A stretch of 40,790 nucleotides of DNA, taken from the IMG/VR virus record IMGVR_UViG_2758568559_000001. The stretch is one strand, 5' to 3'. The stretch's first letter is position 1. Every line of letters starts with the position of its first letter. Made by a program: the position numbers and the translations under genes. This DNA is from a virus. This document shows, piece after piece, positions 9,401 through 18,229 of the stretch. The notes under the pieces were generated by a model. It was given only the letters and a program-made list of their open reading frames with translations, was not told the origin of the DNA and did not search any database.

Positions 9401-10106
9401 GTGCTTGCATTCGTAATAGAGCATGGTTTAAGTCCATAGCCGCTTGTGCAGCAGGGACACCAGAATTGGTTAAAATTCCAATAGAAGTTGCTAGTGTTCT
9501 TAAATCCATATGCATATTAACTGCAGTATTTCCAACGTCCGCAAGAACTTGTTGCATATCGCCAATTGTTGCATTTGACTTATTAGCTGTTTCAGTAAGA
9601 ATTGCAGAATACATAGTAGCATTCTTCATTCCACCGCCCCACAAGTTCATTGCTTGTTGAACAACTGTTGCTGTGCTACTTAAGTCCTCTGCTGTGGCCG
9701 CGGCAGCTTTTGCAATTGGTGGGAAATCATCTTTTAAGTCTTTAACACTAGCACCATTTCTGGCCATAGCAACCATAGCATCAGCAGCATCTTGTGCGCT
9801 GATTGGTAGTGTTTGGCCTAATCTATTGGCTTCGTCTGAAAGTGCCCTTATATCCTTTGCCGACCCACCAGCGATAATTGCAGCTTGATTAATCGCTTTT
9901 TGGAAATTACCATAACCGCTTAAGGCTTTTAATCCCATTGCAGTTATAGCAGTGCCAGCTACTGCCATAGATTTTCCAATAGCCCCAGCGCTTAAATTAC
10001 TAGCTTTTGCGACTCCTTCAACTGATTTCGCTGCCTTATCCATTGTGCCTAAAAAGTTGCTATCTACAGCGCTTAAAACAGCTTTTACAGCATATGTTTC
10101 ACTCAT
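6426..10106 (-). CDS. Tape measure protein
   Basis: Longest ORF. It follows the chaperone pair and has an Ala/Gly/Ile-rich hydrophobic centre and periodic WNGI repeats. The ATG at 10106 has SD GAAGGGGGG 5 nt upstream. The track start at 10163 lacks an SD and lies inside the chaperone frameshift ORF. Confidence 0.9.
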   Translation of the reverse strand: MSETYAVKAVLSAVDSNFLGTMDKAAKSVEGVAKASNLSAGAIGKSMAVAGTAITAMGLKALSGYGNFQKAINQAAIIAGGSAKDIRALSDEANRLGQTLPISAQDAADAMVAMARNGASVKDLKDDFPPIAKAAAATAEDLSSTATVVQQAMNLWGGGMKNATMYSAILTETANKSNATIGDMQQVLADVGNTAVNMHMDLRTLATSIGILTNSGVPAAQAAMDLNHALLRMQAPSDKAREEMQALGISYSDAQGRMKPFPQILREVAQATDGMGDAQKSAALKTLFDAAGMNAMLPLLRSVNGEAKSGNVDWNTLSAALDKAGGSFEAASTYLDNATNQMQQNLGSRIDQMKDAFIGLQNSAMASTDGMVSGIVTALDNMFTHMQTSNDAISQLARGFIGLAPVVGPATIAIGTFLTNADKIQSTMVSAAKWLVSPWGLATVAIGLMAGALIGLYQNFQPFQGAVNNVVSAFQQGFSQAMPAAIQSLRTILGTLKTDLTIIGATIQQQIGGSLQSINVQSFASMFTSAFSTITFAITTVVNALTQIVQGFIQVGALQSIWQAIGAVIGAVQSVISNVVLAISNFVINSNNAGSTQTVWQTVGNAIGTVVNWIAQAITAIANFISQSSSGIGQVVNFIMQVIMAVGQMVQAFVNTGAVQSVWEAIKSIFGAIKSVIVNVIKSIGELIGASDSASSTNDIWSNIGTSIGNIVKVLAEVIKGIANFIKNISSMSGVITPAIGSVVTFIAAFKGISIAISLINTLKKALIVGKVIKGTIGDINLLKFALSNMANESKLAAAAQKILNGVLAINPFVLITAAIAAVVAALVFFFAKTKTGQEIWQQFTTFLSGVWNGLVSTAQTVFNGLASFFSDLWNGIVSTATSVWNGITGILSGIWNGIISAAQPIFKGLASFLSNLWNGIKSIAQGAWEAIKSVIMGPILILIDLVTGDFKHLQSDLRLIWNSIKSAASSIWNGIKTIFTTITTGIKNTVVNIWNGAKSLIINIWNGLKATGRNIVNGIKTIWTNGFNALKNFVVNVAKTMVNGAKNAWNGLKSAASWIVDQVRRAFDALRHIDLVAAGKAIINSFLNGLKAAFKGVKNWIGGIGDWIRKHKGPIQYDRKLLIPAGNAIMQGLNFGLVSAFKDVQGNVSNMAKSIAEAANNNLSSNLNNINAKLASGTINHAVSGQLEIQQQPAYIQLQMGDNTFNAYVDDITKQQNISLDLGRF

Positions 10107-10515
10107 GTTTTCCCCCCTTCTTTTCGTTTTTGATTTTTTGCCACTCATTGTATCGTTTGGCAATTAATTCATTTCGGCCTAATTTTTTTTGCTTTTGAGT
10201 TTTACCACCTTCAAATGTTGCCCGAATATCTGAATTTACTTGTTCTAAATCATAAAATTCTTTGAAAGTTTTATATTTTGGTTTTGGGTGTTTTGAGTTG
10301 CCTCTAGTAGCTTTTACTGCTTGATTGAGCCAAGCTTGTAAAGCTAATTGCTCCTGAGTTTTTGCTTGTTTTAATTGATAGGCTTCTAACCTTAACCAGT
10401 ATTCAGCAATTGTCATAGAGTTAATTTTTTGAATACTAAAAAACCCTAAATAGGCTAAACAATTTAAAACTATTTCATGATATGTTTCTTCGCTGGTTTT
10501 AGCAGTTAGTTTTTT
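10099..10515 (-). CDS. C-terminal extension of the tail assembly chaperone, reached by programmed -1 frameshift (gpGT-like fusion)
   Basis: The -1 frame is open from 10521 down to the stop at 10099. It is entered at the slippery heptamer just before the stop of the upstream chaperone ORF. Confidence 0.75.
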   Translation of the reverse strand, partial: KKLTAKTSEETYHEIVLNCLAYLGFFSIQKINSMTIAEYWLRLEAYQLKQAKTQEQLALQAWLNQAVKATRGNSKHPKPKYKTFKEFYDLEQVNSDIRATFEGGKTQKQKKLGRNELIAKRYNEWQKIKNEKKGGKHE

Positions 10516-10877
10516 CTCGTATTATCATTACTATTTAAAACTAATTTTGTGGCGTTAGATTTTGCCAACTCATCTTGAACGTCTTTAAATAACTTCTTTA
10601 ATTCATCAATATCTGTAATTCCATCAATATAAGCATCAATTTTTTCGTGTCCAGGACGATTTTTGCTATTATGGCATGAACAATAGATAACGTCGGACAG
10701 AACAGCAACATCAAAGGATTTTAATCCTGGGATAGCTTTATTAACTCCCATACCAAAATTAATTTTTGAAGGAGTTCCTTCAGCACTCATAAGCATACCT
10801 AGTGTTTGATCCATTTCACGGACAAAACCAACTCCAAAATTTAAAGTTTGCGGCTTTCCATCAATTTTTAATTGCAT
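10506..10877 (-). CDS. Tail assembly chaperone (gpG-like)
   Basis: 123 aa between the major tail protein and the tape measure gene. It ends with the slippery site. Canonical synteny. Confidence 0.8.
   Translation of the reverse strand: MQLKIDGKPQTLNFGVGFVREMDQTLGMLMSAEGTPSKINFGMGVNKAIPGLKSFDVAVLSDVIYCSCHNSKNRPGHEKIDAYIDGITDIDELKKLFKDVQDELAKSNATKLVLNSNDNTRKN
10509..10515 (-). promoter_or_regulatory. -1 ribosomal frameshift slippery heptamer A AAA AAC
   Basis: The minus-strand mRNA reads ACG AGA AAA AAC TAA. X XXY YYZ = A AAA AAC in the zero frame, 0 nt before the stop. The -1 frame then continues KKLTAKTSEE... Confidence 0.75.
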
Positions 10878-10901
10878 TTATATTTCTCCTTTTATTTACA
10901 T

Positions 10902-10944
10902 AAAAAAAGCCGCCCCCACGGTACTGTGTATTTGTTAGGCGACT
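10902..10944 (-). terminator. Intrinsic (probably partial) terminator after the major tail protein gene
   Basis: On the minus strand, AGTCGCC...GGCGGCT forms a 7-bp stem including one G-U pair, followed by T7. It sits between the major tail and chaperone genes. Confidence 0.5.
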
Positions 10945-10969
10945 AATTACTTATTCAACGACTAAATAA

Positions 10970-11584
10970 TTACTGTGCGGGTGCAGTATTGTTATTATTT
11001 TGAGAAGCAGTTGGCACATTTACGCCTGCATCTGTTTCAGCCCATGCTGCACCACCATTATTTTCTTTACCGCTCTCATCAGTTGTAACCTTATCTAAAC
11101 CTCTAAAAATGAAATCAACTTCTTCTACTTGTTCTTGAGTAAGTTCTAGCCACCCACGTTGTGGCGTACCATTAATAGAAAAGCTAACATCACGTTCGGA
11201 AATGTCATCTGAATCATTGCTATTGTCGTCTTCTGAGACAACTCCGCGCATATACCATGCAAAGAATTTACCATCCGCATTTTTACGTGCAGTATTAACT
11301 AACCAAATCTCCATAACCTCATTATTTAAAAGTGAGTCATAGAATTGGTCAGCAATAGCGGAGGTATTATTAACAAAGTCAACTTCTAGATCGGTTTCTA
11401 GAGAAGAACTAGTTTGAAACGATCCATCCTTTGTTGAAGTAGAATCACTATCACGTTGCGGATCGAATTCAGCAGATGTTTGTCCGGGTAGTAATGTAGC
11501 TGCTTCTTTACTTGCATTTTTTAATGGTCTAAAGTAGGTAACAATACTTTTACCCTCAAATTTTAAAACCTCATTTGTTGCCAT
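10970..11584 (-). CDS. Major tail protein
   Basis: 204 aa at the canonical position upstream of the chaperones. Acidic, Ser/Thr-rich sequence (…FRPLKNASKEAATLLPGQTSAEFDPQRDSDSTSTKDGS…) like phi13-type major tail proteins. Confidence 0.8.
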   Translation of the reverse strand: MATNEVLKFEGKSIVTYFRPLKNASKEAATLLPGQTSAEFDPQRDSDSTSTKDGSFQTSSSLETDLEVDFVNNTSAIADQFYDSLLNNEVMEIWLVNTARKNADGKFFAWYMRGVVSEDDNSNDSDDISERDVSFSINGTPQRGWLELTQEQVEEVDFIFRGLDKVTTDESGKENNGGAAWAETDAGVNVPTASQNNNNTAPAQ

Positions 11585-11593
11585 AATTTCACC

Positions 11594-11992
11594 TCATAAA
11601 ATATTTAATTTAATTTCTAATAGGCCGCGCATTAATACGGTATTAGGAACGCTAGTGTCTAACTGCATACGTTTAGATTGTTGATTAGGTTGTCCATAAT
11701 ATTGAAAATTAGGTGTTTTAGTATAGCCAATTGAAGCATGAAAAAAGCGTTCGACCATTTGATTAATGGTTAAACGCTGTTTTCTTGTTCCCCAAACATC
11801 AATATTCAAATAAACTGAACCTACTAGTTCGGTTTTCGTTGCATCGGGGACGCCTTGAACATTGCCTATATATACAAATGGATATGATACTTTTTCTTTC
11901 TCTGGTGGCAGATAGTCATAGGTATCATATCCATTATTTAGTGACAATTTAAAAAACCAATCAAAAACATCTTGTTCAGGACTTTTTCTCAA
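11594..11992 (-). CDS. Tail completion / tail terminator-like protein
   Basis: 132 aa, last of four small head-tail joining genes and immediately upstream of the major tail protein. The call rests on synteny only. Confidence 0.45.
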   Translation of the reverse strand: MRKSPEQDVFDWFFKLSLNNGYDTYDYLPPEKEKVSYPFVYIGNVQGVPDATKTELVGSVYLNIDVWGTRKQRLTINQMVERFFHASIGYTKTPNFQYYGQPNQQSKRMQLDTSVPNTVLMRGLLEIKLNIL

Positions 11993-11996
11993 CTAA

Positions 11997-12377
11997 TCAC
12001 CCTCTCTTAGCTAACAATTTCTTTAAATCGCTAATAAAAATAGGTGTTTGCATTTTAGCAGCTGGTCCAACTACCGGTTCAGCCGCCATATAACGAGTTC
12101 CAAACTCAGTATATGGATTATAATATCGTGTGATTCCTGCTTCACCAATAAATTGTGCCGGAAAATCAAATTGTGTTGTACGTTTAGTGTTCCCTTGTGA
12201 ATAGCCTTTAATATAGGCTATAGAAGTCTGACGCATGATTTTTTGTTGCAGTTCTAAAGTATTAGCTCTTACTGCCGACTGAATCCCTTTAGGATCAGCT
12301 TTGGCCATTAATGCTCTTTGTAATTCTTTTGTGCCTGTAATTTTAATAATATTATTAGTCGTGTCGTTCACCCACAA
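11997..12377 (-). CDS. HK97 gp10-family head-tail joining protein
   Basis: The motif YNPYTEFGTRYMAAEPVVGPA matches the gp10-family signature Y(A)xYVEFGT...PF(L)xPA. The position also fits. Confidence 0.65.
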   Translation of the reverse strand: MWVNDTTNNIIKITGTKELQRALMAKADPKGIQSAVRANTLELQQKIMRQTSIAYIKGYSQGNTKRTTQFDFPAQFIGEAGITRYYNPYTEFGTRYMAAEPVVGPAAKMQTPIFISDLKKLLAKRG

Positions 12378-12663
12378 TCAAGCTTTTATGGCTTAATATT
12401 TTAGTTTGGGAAAACTTAGTATTATCTATTAGACAATAAGACCAATTAAAATTTACCGGTTGAAAGGTACGAATTACTTTCATATCAGTATCTAAATTGC
12501 CAAACAATTCTTTTGTCCGATCTGCCCCTAAATCAGTTACATTAGCGGGTAAAACTGCAATTAATTGATTACTATCATCATATTGACCTGTATCAGGATT
12601 ATAGCTGCTATTTTCTTCCTTGTAGAATTTAACGAAGTTGGTTAATCGCATAACTACCACCAA
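12355..12663 (-). CDS. Head closure / head-tail adaptor protein
   Basis: 102 aa, second connector gene, overlapping both neighbours. Assigned by synteny. Confidence 0.5.
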   Translation of the reverse strand: MVVVMRLTNFVKFYKEENSSYNPDTGQYDDSNQLIAVLPANVTDLGADRTKELFGNLDTDMKVIRTFQPVNFNWSYCLIDNTKFSQTKILSHKSLIVGERHD

Positions 12664-13025
12664 TCTCCATAGGGATTAATAAATTTAGCTGTGTTTTTAC
12701 CTAGGTTTTCATTAGCCAATCTCTTAATTTCCGTGCTAAATTCGGAAAAATCATTATCATCAAAGGCAATAGATTCTCCTTCCTGCGAATAGGTTTTCAT
12801 TCCTTCATTTTTTAGGCGATTGAATCTTTTGATAGATACTTCGATTACAATATAATCTAAGTCGTCAGGGATTTTATTAAGTCCTGTTAAACTCTTAAGG
12901 CGTTTGTTAGTCATATCAACGATATCATTTAAGAGTTCATCTAAATTAACGTCACCCGTTTCAGGTGGCGATTTTAAAAATAGCAAACGTTTAATGCGTT
13001 CAATAATTTTGCTATTATCAGTCAT
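12654..13025 (-). CDS. gp6-like head-tail connector protein
   Basis: 123 aa directly after the capsid gene. The pattern ...IERIKRLLFL...NLDELLNDIVDMTNKRLKSLTGL...DLDYIVIEVSIKRFNRLKNEGM is typical of Phage_connect_1 proteins. Confidence 0.6.
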   Translation of the reverse strand: MTDNSKIIERIKRLLFLKSPPETGDVNLDELLNDIVDMTNKRLKSLTGLNKIPDDLDYIVIEVSIKRFNRLKNEGMKTYSQEGESIAFDDNDFSEFSTEIKRLANENLGKNTAKFINPYGDWW

Positions 13026-13037
13026 TATCTAATCTCC

Positions 13038-13859
13038 TTATTTACTAGATTTTGCAGAACCTGAGCCTACTGTTCCAACAATAACTTTAGTTTCATCATA
13101 TAGATAGGTTGCATAGTGTTCATCAGCGGTCATAATAGTTAATTTATTGATAATATCACGTTGTGTTTCAACTTGTACTGCACGTTTCATAATTAACCGT
13201 AAAGCCCCTTGTTTAATAAATAAAGCTTCCGTATCTTTTAATTTACGTGCCCGAACAATCTGGACACCTAAAATATTGGCATAAGTGCCGTTAATTAATT
13301 GGTTTGCGCCAATATCAGAACCAACTTTTTGGGCCGCTGCATCTTTACGTAATAAAGCAGCTGTCTTAGGAGAAACAAAAAGGACTGTCTGTGCGTCATC
13401 TTCATCGTTAAAAACATCTAATCCGGCCTGAATACCGTCAACAGTTGGTTCCATTGTTACTGTTTGAGTCCCACCTTGAGCGGCAGTTAACATATCATTA
13501 TCAACCTTATCTGCAATGGAAATACCAATTTGTCGGGTAGATTCTTTTATAGGATCACCGTATCCACTTAAAACGGCCTCATCTGTAATCTGGCTACCAA
13601 TACCGGCCTTTTTAATTGATATTTGTTTCTCTGTAGTTCCCAGTTTGTGTAGTGGGATTGGTGTGCCTTCCGGAACATCTGCTGCATCACCTAAGTAGGT
13701 AAAAGCAGGCATTGTAATAGTAGTTCCTGGTGCGCCTACTAAAGTTGTATCAACGTTTGCTAAAGGGGTAAATTTTAAAGCATGTTTTAATTCATATGAA
13801 ACAATGGGAGATAAAACCTGCGGATTAATTAAGTCTTCTAATTTTGTAATATCTGACAA
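13038..13859 (-). CDS. Major capsid protein
   Basis: 273 aa following the scaffold gene. Highly expressed-looking composition. Standard order portal - gp7-like - scaffold - capsid. Confidence 0.8.
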   Translation of the reverse strand: MSDITKLEDLINPQVLSPIVSYELKHALKFTPLANVDTTLVGAPGTTITMPAFTYLGDAADVPEGTPIPLHKLGTTEKQISIKKAGIGSQITDEAVLSGYGDPIKESTRQIGISIADKVDNDMLTAAQGGTQTVTMEPTVDGIQAGLDVFNDEDDAQTVLFVSPKTAALLRKDAAAQKVGSDIGANQLINGTYANILGVQIVRARKLKDTEALFIKQGALRLIMKRAVQVETQRDIINKLTIMTADEHYATYLYDETKVIVGTVGSGSAKSSK

Positions 13860-13860
13860 T

Positions 13861-14547
13861 TTAAATTCCTCCTGTCACTTTGTTAAATAAGTCAGGATTA
13901 GACTTATATAAGTCTGTTCTTTCTTGACTTGACATTTTATTAAACTCATCGTCTGTAATGCTTTTTGCAGGATTACTTACCGTTTTAGGTGTTTTACCTT
14001 TAGTAAGTTCATCCTTGGTTTCTTGAATAAGTCGATCGTGCATGGTTTTAAAAACATTAATATTTTGTAGAGTTGACTCTTCATCATTGGTAACAACTAA
14101 ATCTAATTCTTTATCAGTTAAATTAAGCCCGTTCTTAGTTAATTCAGAACGAGCTTTATTGGTTAACTCAATATGTTGTGCTTTAGCCTTTAATTCTTCA
14201 TTTTCTTTTTCCAGCTGTTCAAATTCATATTCTTTTTTTTGTTCAGCTGTCATCTTAGCTTTTTTAGCTGCCTCTTTAACATCCGCTTGGCGTTTCATTT
14301 CAGCCTTAGCTAATTTAGATTGAACAATTTTATTAACATCATCATCACTATATTTTAGTTCTGCATCAGGATTAGGTTTTGGGTCTTTAGCATTAGGATC
14401 GGTGCTATTCTGTCCTGCGTTGGTTTTAGCAGAATTAGGATTCGCACCGTCCCCCGTCTGATTTGGATCATTGTTGGGGTCGGCAAAATATTGTAAAACC
14501 ATATCTAACTTATTTAATTTATTCATAACAATAAGAACTCCTTCCAT
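13861..14547 (-). CDS. Scaffolding protein (DUF4355-like)
   Basis: Charged coiled-coil protein (…KMTAEQKKEYEFEQLEKENEELKAKAQHIELT…) upstream of the capsid gene. The likely true start is the ATG at 14526, because the first ATG lies inside the SD GGAAGGAG. Confidence 0.7.
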   Translation of the reverse strand: MEGVLIVMNKLNKLDMVLQYFADPNNDPNQTGDGANPNSAKTNAGQNSTDPNAKDPKPNPDAELKYSDDDVNKIVQSKLAKAEMKRQADVKEAAKKAKMTAEQKKEYEFEQLEKENEELKAKAQHIELTNKARSELTKNGLNLTDKELDLVVTNDEESTLQNINVFKTMHDRLIQETKDELTKGKTPKTVSNPAKSITDDEFNKMSSQERTDLYKSNPDLFNKVTGGI

Positions 14548-14606
14548 AATTTTTAGAGTGGACTAATGCTTGCACTTCCATAGCTTTTAATGACGTCAAT
14601 GCTTGG

Positions 14607-15542
14607 TCAATCATTGTTATTTAAATAATTTTCGAATTCTTGGCGTGCGTCTCCAGCAATTGAGCATCTGCAATTGGGGTGCACGGGTATTTCTGGAACA
14701 TCTTCAATTTTATAAATTCCTTCATTATCTGAGGCTATAGCCGCACAGATACGACATGCTGAAGGCTCTGCTATCCATTTAACATATTTAACGTCATATC
14801 TATGCAGCTGGTTTAACTGCGCTTGAAATTGGACTCTTGACGTTTCAGTTTTTGCTAATCTGTGTGCTACATAGGTGGTATTTTTAACATCGTCTTTAAT
14901 AAGGGGCTTAATATGTTTTTCTAAAGCTTTCATATCCAAACCTTGTGTCATGATATTGGTTAAATCAATACCTAGCCTTGCCTGTAAAGCAGACATTGAA
15001 GACCATAACCGCTCTGACCATGTGGCGTTATGAAATGAAGCATTTACTATGGATTCAGCGTCTGACTTCATTTGTGTTTGGGAGATATTAAAATCTTTAA
15101 ATATACCCTCTTGGCGCTTAATTTCGTCTTGATAGGCTTTAGTTAAATGTTTTCTGAGGGACTTTTCGATTTTATTGCCATGCTTAGCCAAAATAAAACC
15201 AATCTGAGACTTCAAATATTCTAATCGATTAATAGACATGGTTGCGTTGTAAAGTTTCATCTGGGCGTTAGCATAGTCGCTAAAATCCTTAGTATTAACA
15301 ATTCTTTTTGCCTCTTTTGAGAGTTTAACGATATCTGCTGACTTAACGGCTTTCATAGCGTCAGAATAGCTAATCCCTTGGCTGTTGGCATATTTAAGAT
15401 AAAAACTGTTAACTTGGCTATTAATTTCATCTAGTGCTTGCTGATAATAGTTGGTAAGTTCTTTTTCAAATTTAGAATCTTGCTGTAACGCCGACTGAAT
15501 CCATTTTTGCTCGCGTTTTTCCCAGTATTTCTGATTATTCAC
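14607..15542 (-). CDS. Head morphogenesis / minor capsid protein (SPP1 gp7 / Mu F family)
   Basis: The C-terminal signature ...WIAEPSACRICAAIASDNEGIYKIEDVPEIPVHPNCRCSI is typical of the gp7/MuF family. Lies immediately after the portal gene. Confidence 0.8.
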   Translation of the reverse strand: MNNQKYWEKREQKWIQSALQQDSKFEKELTNYYQQALDEINSQVNSFYLKYANSQGISYSDAMKAVKSADIVKLSKEAKRIVNTKDFSDYANAQMKLYNATMSINRLEYLKSQIGFILAKHGNKIEKSLRKHLTKAYQDEIKRQEGIFKDFNISQTQMKSDAESIVNASFHNATWSERLWSSMSALQARLGIDLTNIMTQGLDMKALEKHIKPLIKDDVKNTTYVAHRLAKTETSRVQFQAQLNQLHRYDVKYVKWIAEPSACRICAAIASDNEGIYKIEDVPEIPVHPNCRCSIAGDARQEFENYLNNND

Positions 15543-16936
15543 TAGTCATCATCTTCCTGCCCGCTGGAGTTCTGATTATAGAAATCATCACCCTTATTAT
15601 TAATATCTGATCCAGTCAATTTACTTTGGGTTTCAACAGCCCGTTTAACGGCCTCTTCTTTTTCCTTTTGAATCTGCTTTATCTCCGCTTGTGGATCGGA
15701 AACAATGGATAAGGTGGATAACTGGGTTTGCTTAGATACAATTCCATCTAAAGTTTTAGCTGTGTTGGCTTCATCAGCGTTGTTATTTGGTAGATTACGT
15801 ACAAATTGAAATTGAATATTATTAGAAATATCTTGTTGAGATACACCAAAAGAAACTGTTTTAGAGACAATCTGAAAAATTTTTCTTAGTTGTTTAGTGA
15901 ACTTACGCTCTTTGTTAGAAGTTAAATTACGCATTGAAAGCAGCTTATATTCTAAAGAACGCCCGCTTGTTGCATTACCAAAAATTTCATCATTGATATT
16001 GGCAACCATACTAATCTGAAAAATTAAATTAGTTATTCGGTCAATTAAATGTTCTTGTGTGGCATCAGCATCAGGTTTATTTAAAAATGCAGCATCAGGG
16101 TTTCCTTGTTCTCCGCTAGTATTATTGAGAATAATTATTCTTTTTTTACGAATATTGTCTATACCATTGTCATCTATATCTGCGTTAATAATTTTCAAAT
16201 ATGCATCAGCAAAATAGTCCACATCATCTGCTTTATTTGATATAGCCCTATTTAAGGCCTCAATAAGAGAATGAACGCCATCAGTAAGGCCAGTCTTTTC
16301 CGTATTGTCGTAAAATTCAACTGCAGGAACGTTATTAAACAAATGATTACGTGTTTCGGCTAACTTGCCATTAATATAAGTTGAAATTGATTGATTATCA
16401 TAGACAGTAACTATTTCTTCGTCATTGTTATTCTCTGCGTATTGGATAAATGCTAGTGGATTATTGATTACAGTATCGTCATAAATAATAAATGCTGAAT
16501 AAGGCGGCACAACGGTAACTTTGGTTTGTTTATTCTCATCGTTATAAACCAGTAAATAACTACGTCCATATAATGAAGCTTGTTTAGATAACTCGCTTAA
16601 TTCATCAGTAAAATCGGCTTGTGTTAGCCAATTCTGTAATTTTTTATCTGCCGCTTGTTCATCTGCTTTTATTGTTGGGGGTATTCCAACAAAAAAGCCA
16701 TTTAATGTGTCAATAAGGTATTTATCCATATTAACAATTAAATGGTTATGTGAATCATCATAATTATTTGTTTTGGGTGGCTTTGCTTTATACCAGTTTA
16801 AATTATCTAAATATTTTTGTTTTAAATTGCTTTTATGGTCATCAATAAATTCTTGTATATCAGAGAATGTAAGTTCTTGTTCTTTTGGGAACAAATAGTT
16901 TTTATCCTCATCAACCGTACCTTTAGTTAATACCAA
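15542..16936 (-). CDS. Portal protein (SPP1 gp6-like)
   Basis: 464 aa directly downstream of terL. The N-terminal half resembles SPP1-family portals and the C-terminal tail is acidic. Confidence 0.85.
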   Translation of the reverse strand: MVLTKGTVDEDKNYLFPKEQELTFSDIQEFIDDHKSNLKQKYLDNLNWYKAKPPKTNNYDDSHNHLIVNMDKYLIDTLNGFFVGIPPTIKADEQAADKKLQNWLTQADFTDELSELSKQASLYGRSYLLVYNDENKQTKVTVVPPYSAFIIYDDTVINNPLAFIQYAENNNDEEIVTVYDNQSISTYINGKLAETRNHLFNNVPAVEFYDNTEKTGLTDGVHSLIEALNRAISNKADDVDYFADAYLKIINADIDDNGIDNIRKKRIIILNNTSGEQGNPDAAFLNKPDADATQEHLIDRITNLIFQISMVANINDEIFGNATSGRSLEYKLLSMRNLTSNKERKFTKQLRKIFQIVSKTVSFGVSQQDISNNIQFQFVRNLPNNNADEANTAKTLDGIVSKQTQLSTLSIVSDPQAEIKQIQKEKEEAVKRAVETQSKLTGSDINNKGDDFYNQNSSGQEDDD

Positions 16937-16948
16937 TTTCTCACCTCC

Positions 16949-18229
16949 TTAAAATAATCTATTTTCTAAAAGTTTAACCTTAGTAGGTTTTTGATATAAG
17001 ACTTTATAAACAAAATATCGCATTGCGTCCATTGCATGATCGTGCTGCTTTACTACTGCATCTTCTCCACGTTCTGCGGCCTTTTCGTCCCATACATAAG
17101 ACGATAACTCTTTAAATAGATTTTTGCAGTTTGGCGTAAATACTATTTTGCCAGTGTTCATAGCAGTTTGAGTGGCTCTGATACCGTCTAAAACATTATT
17201 ATTGGCCTTGATAACTGAGTATCCTCGTTTTCTTAAGACAGTTATAAAAGAAGCGGCTGAAGGGTCAACAATAATTCTAGCTTTAATATTTCCTAAAAAT
17301 TGTGCCATATCATTAGCATACTGTTCGTCTGTTCGTTGCTTTTGTGTGATACGGCCCGAATAATAATATTCTTTTAAACAATACCAGGTATCATCAAATA
17401 AGCCCCACATTAAAAATACAGTGGGGTTAAAAGTACCATAATCACAAGAAACATAATATTTACTAAACTGTACATTTTCTGGTGGAGACTTTACCATTGT
17501 GTTTTTATCAAAGTTATCATATACAATCCCTTCTGACAGTACCCATAGCCCTAAAATATAGCGCTGATAAAATACCCCTGAGTACATCTGTTCGTATCTC
17601 TTACGAATATGTTCAGACAGTGAAGGATTATCTGACATAGTAAAGTGAATTCTAATTGCATTTTTTTCGCTTAAATTGTCAATCCAATTTTGTTTAAACC
17701 AATGATACGGTCCAGCTGGGTTACAGTTAAACCACATTTTAGAGTTGTCAACAGAACAACGGGCTACTGCTTGATTAACAAATGATTCAGGCATTAAAGC
17801 CACTTCGTCAAAGAAAAATCCAGCTAGGGTTATACCTTGAACTAAATCTTGGCTGCCTTCATCCTTGCCACCAAATAAAAAGTAGTTATTAGTAACACCA
17901 TTTTTACTGATTTCTAGACGATTTTCGTTTCGTGCATCTTTAACAATAAAACCTCGGCCAAGTAACATAATTTTTAAGGTTCTAATAACGTTTCTTCTTA
18001 GTGAACCAATAGTTTTTCCGGCCATACCGAACTGTTCTTGATTAAAATTATTCATGGACCATAAAATATAAGATAATGACATAATTAATGTTTTGCCTGC
18101 ACGAACAGAACCATCACAAATAATAGTATCTTTATTTTTGGTATTATCGTATAGCCACCAGCTTAACACTTGAAGTTGTTTGCGTGAGAAGGTTTGAAAT
18201 TGAAATAGTGACCTATTGTTCATAATCAT
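16949..18229 (-). CDS. terL: Terminase large subunit
   Basis: 426 aa with Walker A-like DGSVRAGKT, FFDE (Walker B-like) and a C-terminal nuclease region. Overlaps terS by 17 nt. Confidence 0.9.
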   Translation of the reverse strand: MIMNNRSLFQFQTFSRKQLQVLSWWLYDNTKNKDTIICDGSVRAGKTLIMSLSYILWSMNNFNQEQFGMAGKTIGSLRRNVIRTLKIMLLGRGFIVKDARNENRLEISKNGVTNNYFLFGGKDEGSQDLVQGITLAGFFFDEVALMPESFVNQAVARCSVDNSKMWFNCNPAGPYHWFKQNWIDNLSEKNAIRIHFTMSDNPSLSEHIRKRYEQMYSGVFYQRYILGLWVLSEGIVYDNFDKNTMVKSPPENVQFSKYYVSCDYGTFNPTVFLMWGLFDDTWYCLKEYYYSGRITQKQRTDEQYANDMAQFLGNIKARIIVDPSAASFITVLRKRGYSVIKANNNVLDGIRATQTAMNTGKIVFTPNCKNLFKELSSYVWDEKAAERGEDAVVKQHDHAMDAMRYFVYKVLYQKPTKVKLLENRLF

